Source of the DNA: Eubacteriales bacterium | GTDB lineage: Bacteria > Bacillota > Clostridia > Oscillospirales > CAG-272 | NCBI GenBank assembly: GCA_045660325.1 | Contig: JAZRDO010000001.1 | Coordinates: forward strand, 2,462-66,461 | Direction: 5' to 3' | Length of the DNA stretch: 64,000 nucleotides | Shown: piece by piece, positions 9,056 to 17,981 of the stretch | How positions within the stretch are numbered: the stretch's first letter is position 1 | How the letters are laid out: each line of letters starts with the position of its first letter | The notes under the pieces: generated by a model | What the model saw: only the letters and a program-made list of their open reading frames with translations | What the model was told of the DNA's origin: nothing | Database searches by the model: none | Position numbers and translations under genes: made by a program

Positions 9056-11455
9056 ATGAATCTTTCAATGAATTGGTTACACGATTTTACAAATACAGAC
9101 GGCTTGACTGCCAAGCAGTTTGCCGACAGAATGACCGACACAGGAAGCAAGGTTGAAGGTTTCGAGGTGCTTGGCGAGGAGATCTCAAACGTCATCGTCG
9201 CAAAGGTTGAATCTATGGAAAGACACCCCGACTCCGACCATCTCTTCATCTGTCAGGTAAACATTGGTAACGGTGTGGTAACACAGATCGTTACAGGCGC
9301 GCAGAACGTAAACGCAGGCGACATCGTGCCCGCGGCTATTCCCGTAGCGCATCTCCCCGGCGGCATCACGATCAAGCCCGGTAAGCTCCGCGGCGTTGAG
9401 TCCAACGGTATGCTCTGCTCCATGGGTGAGCTCGGCCTTACAGCCAACGATATGCCCGGCAAGGCTGAGGACGGCATTCTTATTCTTGATCCCGAGTTTG
9501 AGGAAAAGCTCGGTATGGATATCAAGGAAGCTCTCCTTATGAACGACACGGTGGTTGAGTTCGAGATCACATCCAACCGCCCCGACTGTCTCTCTGTTAT
9601 CGGTCTTGCAAGAGAGAGCGCTATCTCCTTTGACAAGCCCTTCTCCGTTCCTTCTCCCGTAGTAAAGGAAACAGGCGACGGCGACGACATCAAAAACTAT
9701 CTCGCAGTTGAAATAAACGACTCCGACCTCTGCTTCAGATATGCGGCAAAGGTTGTAAAGAACGTAAAAATCGCGCCCTCTCCCCTTTGGATGAGAATGC
9801 GCCTCCGCGCAGCAGGTGTAAGACCTATTAACAACATTGTCGACATTACAAACTACGTAATGCTTGAATACGGTCAGCCCATGCACGCGTTCGACTACTC
9901 CTGCCTCGACGGATCAAAGATCAACGTTCGTCGCGCAGAGGATGGCGAGCTTTTCCGCTCCCTTGACGACAAGGATCACACACTCGACTCCACAATGCTC
10001 GTAATTGCCGACGAAAAGAAGGCTTGCGCGCTTGCAGGTGTTATGGGTGGCGCAAACTCCGAGATCAAGGACGACACAACCACAGTTGTATTTGAATCCG
10101 CATCCTTCCTCGGTACAAGCGTAAGAGTTACCGCAAAGAAGAACGGTATGAGAACGGAATCCTCCTCCCGCTTTGAAAAGGGTCTTGACCCCGAAAACGC
10201 TATGGCAGGACTTCTCCGCGCTTGCGAGCTTATCCAGCTCCTCGGCGCAGGCGACGTGGTTGACGGCACTATTGACGTTTACCCCACAAAGCCCACAGTT
10301 CCCACTCTTCCCCTTGAGGTTGAGAAGATCAATGCCTTCCTCGGCGTTGAGCTTTCAAAGGAATATATGGTTGACATTCTCACTCGCCTTGAATGTAAGG
10401 TTGAAGGCGACACTGTTACTCCTCCCACGTTCCGTCAGGACCTCACTTGCATGAACGACCTCGCTGAAGAGGTTATCAGAATCTACGGCTACAACAACAT
10501 CAAGTCCACCTGCATCAATGCGGAAACAACTCAGGGCGGCAGAACTCCCAAGCAGCAGCACGAGGTCAACACTGAGGCTCTTATGTACGGTATGGGCTTC
10601 GACCAGATACAGACGTTCTCCTTCATCAGCCCCCGCTACTACGACAAGATCAGAATGGCGGCAGACGACACACGTCGCAAGAGTGTTGTTATCACAAATC
10701 CTCTTGGCGAGGACACAAGCGTTATGAGAACTACTGCTCTCCCCTCTCTTCTTGAGGTGCTTGCAAGAAACAACAACCTTTCTAATAATAACGTTCGCGT
10801 ATTTGAAATGGCTTCTATTTATATTCCCGCTGAGGATATCAAGAATCTTCCCGAGGAAAGAAAGATCCTCACACTCGGTATGTACGGCGACGAGGACTTC
10901 TACTCTCTCAAGGGCGCGGTTGTAAACGTGCTTGAGGCGGCAGGAATTGAGAAGGCAAAATTCGTGTCCTGCGCCGATAATAACGCATACCACCCCGGTA
11001 GATGCGCTAAGGTTTACACAAGAGGCGGTGTTGAGCTTGGTGTTATCGGTCAGCTTCATCCCTTGACCGCAAAGAACTACGATCTCGACGTTGACGTATA
11101 CGTTGCTGAGCTTGACTTCGACAGAATCTGGGAATGCGCAGACCTCACGGTTGACTACAAGCCCATGTCCAAGTTCCCCAGCGTTACACGTGACTTCTCC
11201 TTCGTTTGTGACGAATCCCTTGAGGTTGGCACAATTGAAGAGGTTATGACTCGCGCGGCAGGTAAGCTTTGCGTAGGTGTTTCCCTCTTTGATATCTACC
11301 GCGGCGCGCAGATCGGCGAGGGCAAAAAGTCGGTTTCCTTCCGTATAACACTCCATGCCAACGATAGAACACTTACTGTTGAAGAGGCTGACAAGGTATC
11401 AAGCAAGGTGCTGAGTGACCTCAAGTTCAAGCTCGGTATCGGCATCCGCGAATAA
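9056..11455 (+). CDS. pheT: Phenylalanine--tRNA ligase beta subunit
   Basis: 799 aa. N-terminal tRNA-binding domain (MNLSMNWLHDF...), B3/4 and B5 regions, C-terminal FDIYRG motif. Confidence 0.95.
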   Translation: MNLSMNWLHDFTNTDGLTAKQFADRMTDTGSKVEGFEVLGEEISNVIVAKVESMERHPDSDHLFICQVNIGNGVVTQIVTGAQNVNAGDIVPAAIPVAHLPGGITIKPGKLRGVESNGMLCSMGELGLTANDMPGKAEDGILILDPEFEEKLGMDIKEALLMNDTVVEFEITSNRPDCLSVIGLARESAISFDKPFSVPSPVVKETGDGDDIKNYLAVEINDSDLCFRYAAKVVKNVKIAPSPLWMRMRLRAAGVRPINNIVDITNYVMLEYGQPMHAFDYSCLDGSKINVRRAEDGELFRSLDDKDHTLDSTMLVIADEKKACALAGVMGGANSEIKDDTTTVVFESASFLGTSVRVTAKKNGMRTESSSRFEKGLDPENAMAGLLRACELIQLLGAGDVVDGTIDVYPTKPTVPTLPLEVEKINAFLGVELSKEYMVDILTRLECKVEGDTVTPPTFRQDLTCMNDLAEEVIRIYGYNNIKSTCINAETTQGGRTPKQQHEVNTEALMYGMGFDQIQTFSFISPRYYDKIRMAADDTRRKSVVITNPLGEDTSVMRTTALPSLLEVLARNNNLSNNNVRVFEMASIYIPAEDIKNLPEERKILTLGMYGDEDFYSLKGAVVNVLEAAGIEKAKFVSCADNNAYHPGRCAKVYTRGGVELGVIGQLHPLTAKNYDLDVDVYVAELDFDRIWECADLTVDYKPMSKFPSVTRDFSFVCDESLEVGTIEEVMTRAAGKLCVGVSLFDIYRGAQIGEGKKSVSFRITLHANDRTLTVEEADKVSSKVLSDLKFKLGIGIRE

Positions 11456-11463
11456 GGTGTACT

Positions 11464-11682
11464 ATGGATCAGAAAAAGCTTGATAGAATAAACGAGCTCG
11501 GCAGAAAGAAAAAGGCGGGCATCCCACTCACTCCCGAGGAAGCGGCGGAGCGCGAAATTCTCCACAAGGAGTATATCGCCGAATACCGCGCGTACCTTCG
11601 CGGAATTCTCGATAACACAGTTATCGAGCGTCCCGACGGAACTCGTGAGAGAGTAGCGGACAGATATAATAAAAAAGATTAA
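11464..11682 (+). CDS. DUF896 (YnzC/UPF0291-like) small protein
   Basis: 72 aa. INELGRKKKAGIPLTPEEAAEREILHKEYI is the typical DUF896 pattern. Confidence 0.8.
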   Translation: MDQKKLDRINELGRKKKAGIPLTPEEAAEREILHKEYIAEYRAYLRGILDNTVIERPDGTRERVADRYNKKD

Positions 11683-11686
11683 AAGA

Positions 11687-11716
11687 AATCCCCCTCGGCA
11701 ATTCCGAGGGGGATTT
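11687..11716. terminator. Bidirectional rho-independent terminator
   Basis: AAATCCCCCTCGG-caatt-CCGAGGGGGATTT between convergent genes. Confidence 0.75.
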
Positions 11717-11731
11717 TCTATATACAAATCA

Positions 11732-12283
11732 TTAATCAATAGACATATAATAGTTGGGCTCAGCACAATATACGTCCGCTCTTTGCTCAAGTGTTTTTAT
11801 AACGTTCAAAACATTCTCCTTGGAATGAGTACCAAGCTTTAAGCTGAGAATTTTACAAAGCTTGCCTTCTGTTGGGCCAATAGTCAGATCCTTAACCTCA
11901 ATACAACCTACGTACTCAAAATCAGCGACTGTATATTCCACAAAATTGTACTCGGGGAACATGACGAGTAATAATTCATAATCACTGAACAAATCATCCA
12001 GAGTAGCTTGACAATAAATTTTCTCCAAGGGTTCGGATGTGGACTGATTATTGCTTTCGGTAGTATTTGACTCTGTCTTATTGTTGCTTCCCTGAGTTGT
12101 GTTTGATTCAATCGGGTTGTTACTTCCCTGCGTTGTATTTGATTCAGCGGGATCATTATTACCATCCGTCATATTAGACTCGATCGGATTATCGTTATAT
12201 TCTACATAATTACAAGATACAAGATTCAATAATAAAACGGCAGTCAGCAAAACAACGGTCAATAAAAAAAGCTTATTTTTCAT
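11732..12283 (-). CDS. Lipoprotein with Asn/Thr/Ser-rich tandem repeats and a C-terminal subtilase-propeptide (I9)-like domain
   Basis: I prefer the ATG at 12283 (RBS AAAGGAGAG) over the track start at 12355. MKNKLFLLTVVLLTAVLLLNLVSC has the lipobox LVSC. Repeats: NDPAESNTTQGS / NNPIESNTTQGS / NNKTESNTTESN. The C-terminus ...VLNVIKTLEQRADVYCAEPNYY resembles the end of S8 pro-domains. Confidence 0.7.
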   Translation of the reverse strand: MKNKLFLLTVVLLTAVLLLNLVSCNYVEYNDNPIESNMTDGNNDPAESNTTQGSNNPIESNTTQGSNNKTESNTTESNNQSTSEPLEKIYCQATLDDLFSDYELLLVMFPEYNFVEYTVADFEYVGCIEVKDLTIGPTEGKLCKILSLKLGTHSKENVLNVIKTLEQRADVYCAEPNYYMSID

Positions 12284-12334
12284 AAGACAACTCTCCTTTA
12301 TCTGGATTTTGGAAGTATTCCTACCTCTATTTTT

Positions 12335-12363
12335 ATTATAATATAGAAAATGCAAAAAGTCAA
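12335..12363 (-). promoter_or_regulatory. sigma-A type promoter (lipoprotein gene)
   Basis: Minus strand: TTGACT, 17 nt, TATAAT. Confidence 0.6.
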
Positions 12364-12376
12364 GCGCGCTATTCTA

Positions 12377-12405
12377 TTGACTTTTTCCGCAAAAAAGTAT
12401 ATAAT
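12377..12405 (+). promoter_or_regulatory. sigma-A type promoter (deacetylase-RNHCP-ruvX operon)
   Basis: TTGACT (12377-12382), 17 nt, TATAAT (12400-12405). Back-to-back with the divergent promoter. Confidence 0.6.
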
Positions 12406-12439
12406 TTATATATGTTTAAAATAGGAGGTGCTGCGGTTT

Positions 12440-13267
12440 ATGTATATGCTTTTCCCGTACGGCAAGCGTAAGGCGTTGACGTTCAGCTACGACGACGGCG
12501 TTGAGCAAGACGAAAGACTTATTATGCTTTTCAATAAGTATGATCTTAAATGCACCTTCAATCTCAACAGCTTTCATCTTGAAGTTGAGGAGAGGTCCTT
12601 TGAGACAGGAAGAATTCATCGCCCTATGGGCCGCCGCAAGGCGCGCACAGTTTACGGAGAGCTTGGAGCTGATCACGAGATCGCCGTGCATTCCTATTCC
12701 CACCCCCACCTTGAACAGCTGTCAAGAGAAGAATGCAAGCTTCAAATAACGCGCGACCGCGATATGCTTGAAGAAATATTCGGCAAAAGGATCATAGGCA
12801 GCGCGTACCCATTCGGCACGTACAACGACACGGTAGTTGATGTGCTCCGAGAATGCGACATCAAATACGCGAGAACGGTAGAATCCACTCGCGATTTCAA
12901 GATTCCCTCGGATTGGCTCCGAATGCCCGCGACCTGCCACCACGACGATCCCGCCCTCTTCCCTCTTGCGGACAAATTCACAAACGGCGCACCCGACGAG
13001 CCGTGGCTCTTCTATATATGGGGACATTCGTACGAATTTGAATCCCACAATAACTGGGAAAGGATCGAGGAGCTTTGCAATATTCTCGGAGGCCGCGACG
13101 ACGTATGGTATGCGACGAACGGCGAGATATACGAATATATCAAGGCATACGAAAGCCTCGTCTTTTACGATGACGGATCTATTCACAATCCCAGAGGCAT
13201 CCCCGTGTGGATCAACTGCGGACAAGACGTAGTGCTTCTTCCCAACGAAACAAAAACATTGAAATAA
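12440..13267 (+). CDS. Polysaccharide deacetylase (NodB/CE4 family)
   Basis: LTFSYDDG and HSYSHPH NodB motifs. The ATG at 12440 lies 11 nt after GGAGG. The track start 12428 is a GTG that overlaps the RBS. Confidence 0.85.
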   Translation: MYMLFPYGKRKALTFSYDDGVEQDERLIMLFNKYDLKCTFNLNSFHLEVEERSFETGRIHRPMGRRKARTVYGELGADHEIAVHSYSHPHLEQLSREECKLQITRDRDMLEEIFGKRIIGSAYPFGTYNDTVVDVLRECDIKYARTVESTRDFKIPSDWLRMPATCHHDDPALFPLADKFTNGAPDEPWLFYIWGHSYEFESHNNWERIEELCNILGGRDDVWYATNGEIYEYIKAYESLVFYDDGSIHNPRGIPVWINCGQDVVLLPNETKTLK

Positions 13268-13275
13268 AGGTATAT

Positions 13276-13605
13276 ATGGAAACAAAAAGATTTTCAAAGA
13301 ATGACAGCGGATTTATCTGCGCGCACTGTGGCAAACAGGTTGAGCCGTTAAGCTACACCTCGCGCAATCACTGTCCGTTTTGCCTGTGGTCGCTCCACCT
13401 TGACATAAATCCCGGCGACAGGGCGTGCGAGTGCAAAGCACCCATGCAGCCGATCAAGGTCATAACCGATCCCAAAAAGGGCTATATTATAATCCACAAA
13501 TGCACGGGCTGCGGTGAAATTCACAGAAACAAAGCCGCTCACGAGGCAAAGATTCAGCCCGACAATATCAAATTACTTATTAAATTAACGGCGGAAGAAA
13601 TTTAA
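13276..13605 (+). CDS. RNHCP domain protein (Cys-rich, zinc-binding-like)
   Basis: I prefer ATG 13276 (METKRF...). It contains a literal SRNHCPFC plus CAHCG and CTGCG Cys pairs. Confidence 0.75.
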   Translation: METKRFSKNDSGFICAHCGKQVEPLSYTSRNHCPFCLWSLHLDINPGDRACECKAPMQPIKVITDPKKGYIIIHKCTGCGEIHRNKAAHEAKIQPDNIKLLIKLTAEEI

Positions 13606-13608
13606 AAT

Positions 13609-14082
13609 ATGGAAAGATTACTTAAAACAAAGGGTAAAATACTCAGCATCGACTTTGGCGACAAGAGAACTGGGCTTGCTGCTTGCGACGTAACTCGCTT
13701 CCTTGCCTCTGGCATCGGCACAATCTCCCCCGGCGGTATGCAGAAGACCGCAGAGGCGGTAGTCGAAAAGGTACGCGAGCTTAATATCACGGGCGGTATC
13801 GTTATCGGTCTCCCTGTAAACATGAACGGCACCGAGGGTCCTCGCGCCGAACACGCGAGAAAATTTGCGGGAATTGTTGAACGCCTTCTTGACGCGGATG
13901 AAAAATACCGCGGTATCCCCATAGTTATGCTTGACGAGAGAATGACCACTATGGTGGCGGCAAGATATTTGAACGAGACCGACACGCGCGGAAGCAAAAG
14001 AAAGGGCGTTATCGACACCCTCTCGGCGCAGATCATTCTCCAGAATGCGCTCGACCGACTCAAAAATATGAAAGCTGATTGA
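13609..14082 (+). CDS. ruvX: Putative pre-16S rRNA nuclease / Holliday junction resolvase-like YqgF
   Basis: ILSIDFGDKRTGLAACD N-terminus and 157-aa length. Confidence 0.9.
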   Translation: MERLLKTKGKILSIDFGDKRTGLAACDVTRFLASGIGTISPGGMQKTAEAVVEKVRELNITGGIVIGLPVNMNGTEGPRAEHARKFAGIVERLLDADEKYRGIPIVMLDERMTTMVAARYLNETDTRGSKRKGVIDTLSAQIILQNALDRLKNMKAD

Positions 14083-14092
14083 GGATAAATAA

Positions 14093-14791
14093 ATGGCAAA
14101 GAGAAAAATATCTCACTACGTCATAGGCTACGTCTTCAGGATCATTTGCATCCTTATGATCGCAACCGTTGTCGGTATTATCGGCTGGAGAATCCTCTCC
14201 TCGGGAGTTCCTACCGATATGAAGACGCTCATACCGAACGAGAAGCTCTCGGCGGCATACGCTCAGCACGGTGAAGATCTTAATATATTCTATCAGGGCG
14301 ACCTTGATAACCTTACGAGAACTGAATACAATTCGGGATATTTCTCGGTGCATAACGTAGCGTTTATAGACCGTGCCGAGCAGCTTCAGGTGGTCGTGCG
14401 ACACAACAACAGCACATTAAAGAGCCTGCAAAAGGATTTGGGGCTTGCCGAGGCGGACGCGCGCGAGGAGGACGTCTTTGACATTCAGATCACGGTAATG
14501 TATGACCTGACACCCGACAACAAGGACGATAACGACGGAAACACACCCTCAGCAGTAAAGAAGGTTACGTTCCGCCCCGTCGCATCAAAATCAATGCAAA
14601 AGAACCTCTACAATTACAAGAAGTACGTTGTTGACGGCATCAAGATCACGGATGACGTTATCGCGGTGTACGTCGATATCTTCTACGACAAGGACGTAAT
14701 GAGCGAGGGCACGCTTTGTATCTATGATTATAGATATCCTATTGATAATTATAAGCTTACAAAGAAGGATCTCGCGGCAATTACAAAATAA
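14093..14791 (+). CDS. Hypothetical single-pass membrane-anchored protein
   Basis: 232 aa. N-terminal TM (VIGYVFRIICILMIATVVGIIGW) followed by a soluble domain. I recognise no motif. Coding-like codon usage, and tightly linked to ruvX. Confidence 0.6.
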   Translation: MAKRKISHYVIGYVFRIICILMIATVVGIIGWRILSSGVPTDMKTLIPNEKLSAAYAQHGEDLNIFYQGDLDNLTRTEYNSGYFSVHNVAFIDRAEQLQVVVRHNNSTLKSLQKDLGLAEADAREEDVFDIQITVMYDLTPDNKDDNDGNTPSAVKKVTFRPVASKSMQKNLYNYKKYVVDGIKITDDVIAVYVDIFYDKDVMSEGTLCIYDYRYPIDNYKLTKKDLAAITK

Positions 14792-14792
14792 T

Positions 14793-14818
14793 AAAAAAGG
14801 CGGCATAGCCGCCTTTTT
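14793..14818. terminator. Bidirectional rho-independent terminator
   Basis: AAAAAAGGCGG-cata-GCCGCCTTTTT between convergent genes. Confidence 0.75.
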
Positions 14819-14829
14819 GCTTTTTATTT

Positions 14830-15732
14830 TTAATAATATGTCTTGATCTTTTTCGTGTACTTTACGTATTTGTCGTACACCTCAACCTGCTCGGGGAAAT
14901 TCGCAGCGACCCAAGCTCTTCTCTTCTTAATTGTAGGACCTACCTGAACCGCACCGACAATTACCATTACTGCAACAATGATTGCAAGAGTCAGGATAAT
15001 AAACTTTTCCCTATCAAGAAGAGTAAGGACGTATTCAAGAGTTCCATCCACGGGGTTCGACTTGGTAATACTGAAAATATAATTAAAAGCGACGATCAGC
15101 GCTACACAAAGCACGATGCTTATAAGAATATTCATAATAACGGTGAAAACGTTATTTCTCTTATAGCTCTTTCTGAACTTTTCGTAGTTATAATATCTCT
15201 CGGAGTCTATCACGTTCGCGAGCGCTTCCTTCTGCTTTTCAATATAATCGGGAGCCGCATTTGTGTAATCGATATTGAGAGTATTGCCTATTACGTTCAT
15301 TAAGGAAGCTTCCTTGCCTTGAGCCAAGGGGAGAAGATTGTACATTTTCTTCTTTGGAATAAACACACCCATCAAGGTGCCAATTGTCGTTAAAACCAAA
15401 GCTATAACGATCAATGCGTATGTGGCGATCTGCGCCATAACCAAAATTGTGCCTTCAAGGTTAGTTGCGGCAAGCAAGGTAACCATAACTGCGGCTATAA
15501 GGATAAAATAACCTACCTTGTCTATGATTTGCTTTGATTTTGTAATCTTCGAATTCTTAAAAATGTCATCATTTTCAGAGCAAAGATCAATTGCGGTTAT
15601 AGGTCTTACGGTCTCTTCGCCACCCTCATTCTCAGGTGTCTCGGGGGCCTCAAAGTCATATCCGCATTCGGGACAAAGACCGATCTCGTCCGAGAACATT
15701 GCCCCACACTTGGGACAGTTGATAACAGCCAT
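14830..15732 (-). CDS. Zinc-ribbon membrane protein (paralog A)
   Basis: MAVINCPKCGAMFSDEIGLCPECG (CPxC...CPxC zinc ribbon), an acidic linker, about 4 TM segments, and a conserved tail KKRRAWVAANFPEQVEVYDKYVKY. Confidence 0.75.
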   Translation of the reverse strand: MAVINCPKCGAMFSDEIGLCPECGYDFEAPETPENEGGEETVRPITAIDLCSENDDIFKNSKITKSKQIIDKVGYFILIAAVMVTLLAATNLEGTILVMAQIATYALIVIALVLTTIGTLMGVFIPKKKMYNLLPLAQGKEASLMNVIGNTLNIDYTNAAPDYIEKQKEALANVIDSERYYNYEKFRKSYKRNNVFTVIMNILISIVLCVALIVAFNYIFSITKSNPVDGTLEYVLTLLDREKFIILTLAIIVAVMVIVGAVQVGPTIKKRRAWVAANFPEQVEVYDKYVKYTKKIKTYY

Positions 15733-15771
15733 GTTAAGTCCTCCTTAATAGCTATATTTGTTTATAAATTC

Positions 15772-15800
15772 ATTATATCATATATCAAGGAGCTTGTAAA
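15772..15800 (-). promoter_or_regulatory. sigma-A type promoter of paralog A
   Basis: Minus strand: TTTACA, 17 nt, TATAAT. Confidence 0.6.
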
Positions 15801-15826
15801 GGGAATTTTTAAATTATTAACAAGAA

Positions 15827-15847
15827 CGGCGGGAGCAAGCCCCGCCG
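15827..15847 (-). terminator. Hairpin terminator after paralog B
   Basis: CGGCGGG-agcaagc-CCCGCCG 7-bp GC stem. The downstream tract on the minus strand is only moderately T-rich. Confidence 0.5.
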
Positions 15848-15883
15848 CTTATATTCGGGCAATGAAATAAATCGCCCTTTGCT

Positions 15884-16834
15884 TTATTTAACCTTTTTCC
15901 CCGACAAATACTTGTCGTATACCTCTATGTGATTAGGATAATTCTTCACTATCCACTCGCGACGTTTTTTATTTGAATAGCTTGACAGGATAATGTCATA
16001 TATTATTTCTATAATAGAAGGTAGTATCAGCAAAACAAGAAGCACCCACTCATCTTTAACTAACTGCCAACCAGACAGTATCAATCCACTATCAAGTATC
16101 ATAAAAACCTTTGAAAGAGCGGAATAAACAAATATACTCTCAATGTAAGTTAAAATAATTTTAATTATTAACTGCACGTTAATCACTCTACGAAATGAAT
16201 AATCAATATTACTCAATTCGGATTCCAAAACGCCTTGTAATCCTTCGGCTTGCTTCATTATATATTCAGGACTCTTAGTTGAGTATTTGATAATCAACGT
16301 ATTATCAATAATTGTCTTTAAACTTCTCCCTGTACTCTTTGCAATTTTATCACGGTAAATAATTGAATTTCTTGTAAAAACCCAATCGAAAACTCTCATA
16401 GCAACGTAAAAAATAGGGCAAAAGAGCATTCCAATAAACACAAACGACTGAAATGCCAATGCATTCGCAGAAGATTTCGCCATATCCATCACCCACAATA
16501 TAACAAACAAAACTGTAAATACAAAAGAAACGGTCCATAATATGTGAAAAACTTTCCTTATCTTTCTATTCACGGAGATTTTGCCCTTATTTTTACACTC
16601 CTCAAAAAACTGCATCGCGGTAATTTTTCTCGGCTTCTCTTCCTCGTCGGTGGATTTAGTTTTTCCCTCTTCGAGCTTTTTGAAGCTATATCCGCATTTG
16701 GAACAAGCCTTAGTTGTCTCCACTGCCACGCTCTTACATTCGGGGCAAATAATAATAGACGCGCCGCAATGAATACAATTTTTACAGGTGTCGGATATTT
16801 GTCCGTTACACTCGGGACAATTGATAACAGCCAT
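15884..16834 (-). CDS. Zinc-ribbon membrane protein (paralog B, double zinc ribbon)
   Basis: I prefer ATG 16834 (MAVINCPECNGQISDTCKNCIHCG... then CPECKSV...CSKCG). It has multiple TM segments and the tail KKRREWIVKNYPNHIEVYDKYLSG, homologous to paralog A. Confidence 0.75.
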   Translation of the reverse strand: MAVINCPECNGQISDTCKNCIHCGASIIICPECKSVAVETTKACSKCGYSFKKLEEGKTKSTDEEEKPRKITAMQFFEECKNKGKISVNRKIRKVFHILWTVSFVFTVLFVILWVMDMAKSSANALAFQSFVFIGMLFCPIFYVAMRVFDWVFTRNSIIYRDKIAKSTGRSLKTIIDNTLIIKYSTKSPEYIMKQAEGLQGVLESELSNIDYSFRRVINVQLIIKIILTYIESIFVYSALSKVFMILDSGLILSGWQLVKDEWVLLVLLILPSIIEIIYDIILSSYSNKKRREWIVKNYPNHIEVYDKYLSGKKVK

Positions 16835-16869
16835 GTTAAGTCCTCCTAACAAATTTTTATTACAGGTTC

Positions 16870-16898
16870 ATTATATCATACATTTTGTCCGTTGTAAA
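16870..16898 (-). promoter_or_regulatory. sigma-A type promoter of paralog B
   Basis: Minus strand: TTTACA, 17 nt, TATAAT. Same architecture as paralog A, sharing ATGATATAATGAA. Confidence 0.6.
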
Positions 16899-16939
16899 GT
16901 GCGATTCCCTTTTTCTTATAAAAAAATGACAAATTTTAC

Positions 16940-16972
16940 GCAAAAGCAAAAAGAGCGACTGTGTCGCTCTTT
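16940..16972 (-). terminator. Rho-independent terminator after rsfS
   Basis: Minus strand: AAAAGAGCGAC-aca-GTCGCTCTTTTTGCTTTT. Confidence 0.8.
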
Positions 16973-16975
16973 TCC

Positions 16976-17341
16976 TTATTCAAACTCGGTATAAAGTCTG
17001 TCGAGATTGTAGAACTCTCTTGCCTCTCTGTCAAACACGTGAACGATAACGCACGCGTAGTCGAGAGCGATCCAGCTTCTGCCGTCGCCTGCATCTGTGT
17101 GGAGAGGATTAAGACCCGCCTGACCAAGCTTGTATTCAACCTCGTCAGCCAAGCTCTTTACATGAGTAGAGGACGTACCGTTTGCGATTACAAAGTAATC
17201 TGCGATAACAGTCTTGTCTCCAACCTTAATTACCTTAATATCTCTACCCTTCTTGGAATCGAGCGCATCTGCGATCGCCTCAGCGATCTCGGTCGACGTC
17301 GCACCAACAAGGCTCTTAATTTCATTGTTCATGTTTTCCAT
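16976..17341 (-). CDS. rsfS: Ribosome silencing factor
   Basis: ...IADYFVIANGTSSTHVKSLADEV...WIALDYACVIVHVF... is the typical RsfS/IojAP pattern. Confidence 0.9.
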   Translation of the reverse strand: MENMNNEIKSLVGATSTEIAEAIADALDSKKGRDIKVIKVGDKTVIADYFVIANGTSSTHVKSLADEVEYKLGQAGLNPLHTDAGDGRSWIALDYACVIVHVFDREAREFYNLDRLYTEFE

Positions 17342-17342
17342 A

Positions 17343-17981
17343 TTAGTTTTCTCCGTTATTTACTTTTTTTGATATATATTCCTTTGCCGCCAGTGTGTCG
17401 GAATTAATTACTCTGCCGCATTCAACAAGGTCTGCCACCGTCATTTCAAGCGAGCGCAAAACCACGCGATCAAGATGCAAAAGTTTCTCCGCTTCACTCA
17501 TTCTGTCAACGTCGGCTCCCCAGAACATTTCGCGCAGGGTTACACAATCGGGAAAGGTTCTCGTTTCGTCGATATAGTCGGCAATGTAAATTATCTTTTC
17601 CGTAAGAGTCATTCCTTCCCTGCCCGTCGTGTGATAACGAACCGCGGATATTATTTGAGCGTCGTTAAATTCGGGAAATTCCACGGGAATCATTGCCGCT
17701 GCGGTAATCGCATGAAAGGTCTTTGGCGCTGCGACGTTTTCATTTGTGTATTCAGCTCCGTACCGCTCACAAATCGCAATGTGCTCCTCGGTCGTTTTCT
17801 CCTTCGTTATATCGTGAAGCAAAGCCGAAGCGGCTAAAATGTCCGTCATCTCGGGACAGTAAATATTGCCGATGCGTACCGCCATCCTTTCAACGGCAAG
17901 CGTGTGAGCGAGTCTTTTGCCACTCATTCTCTCCGATATTTTCTCTCGGAGCAGGCTCAAGGATTCTTCACTTATTTTCAT
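17343..17981 (-). CDS. yqeK: HD-domain bis(5'-nucleosyl)-tetraphosphatase YqeK
   Basis: HD motif (LLHDITK) and the conserved position between nadD and rsfS. Confidence 0.85.
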   Translation of the reverse strand: MKISEESLSLLREKISERMSGKRLAHTLAVERMAVRIGNIYCPEMTDILAASALLHDITKEKTTEEHIAICERYGAEYTNENVAAPKTFHAITAAAMIPVEFPEFNDAQIISAVRYHTTGREGMTLTEKIIYIADYIDETRTFPDCVTLREMFWGADVDRMSEAEKLLHLDRVVLRSLEMTVADLVECGRVINSDTLAAKEYISKKVNNGEN

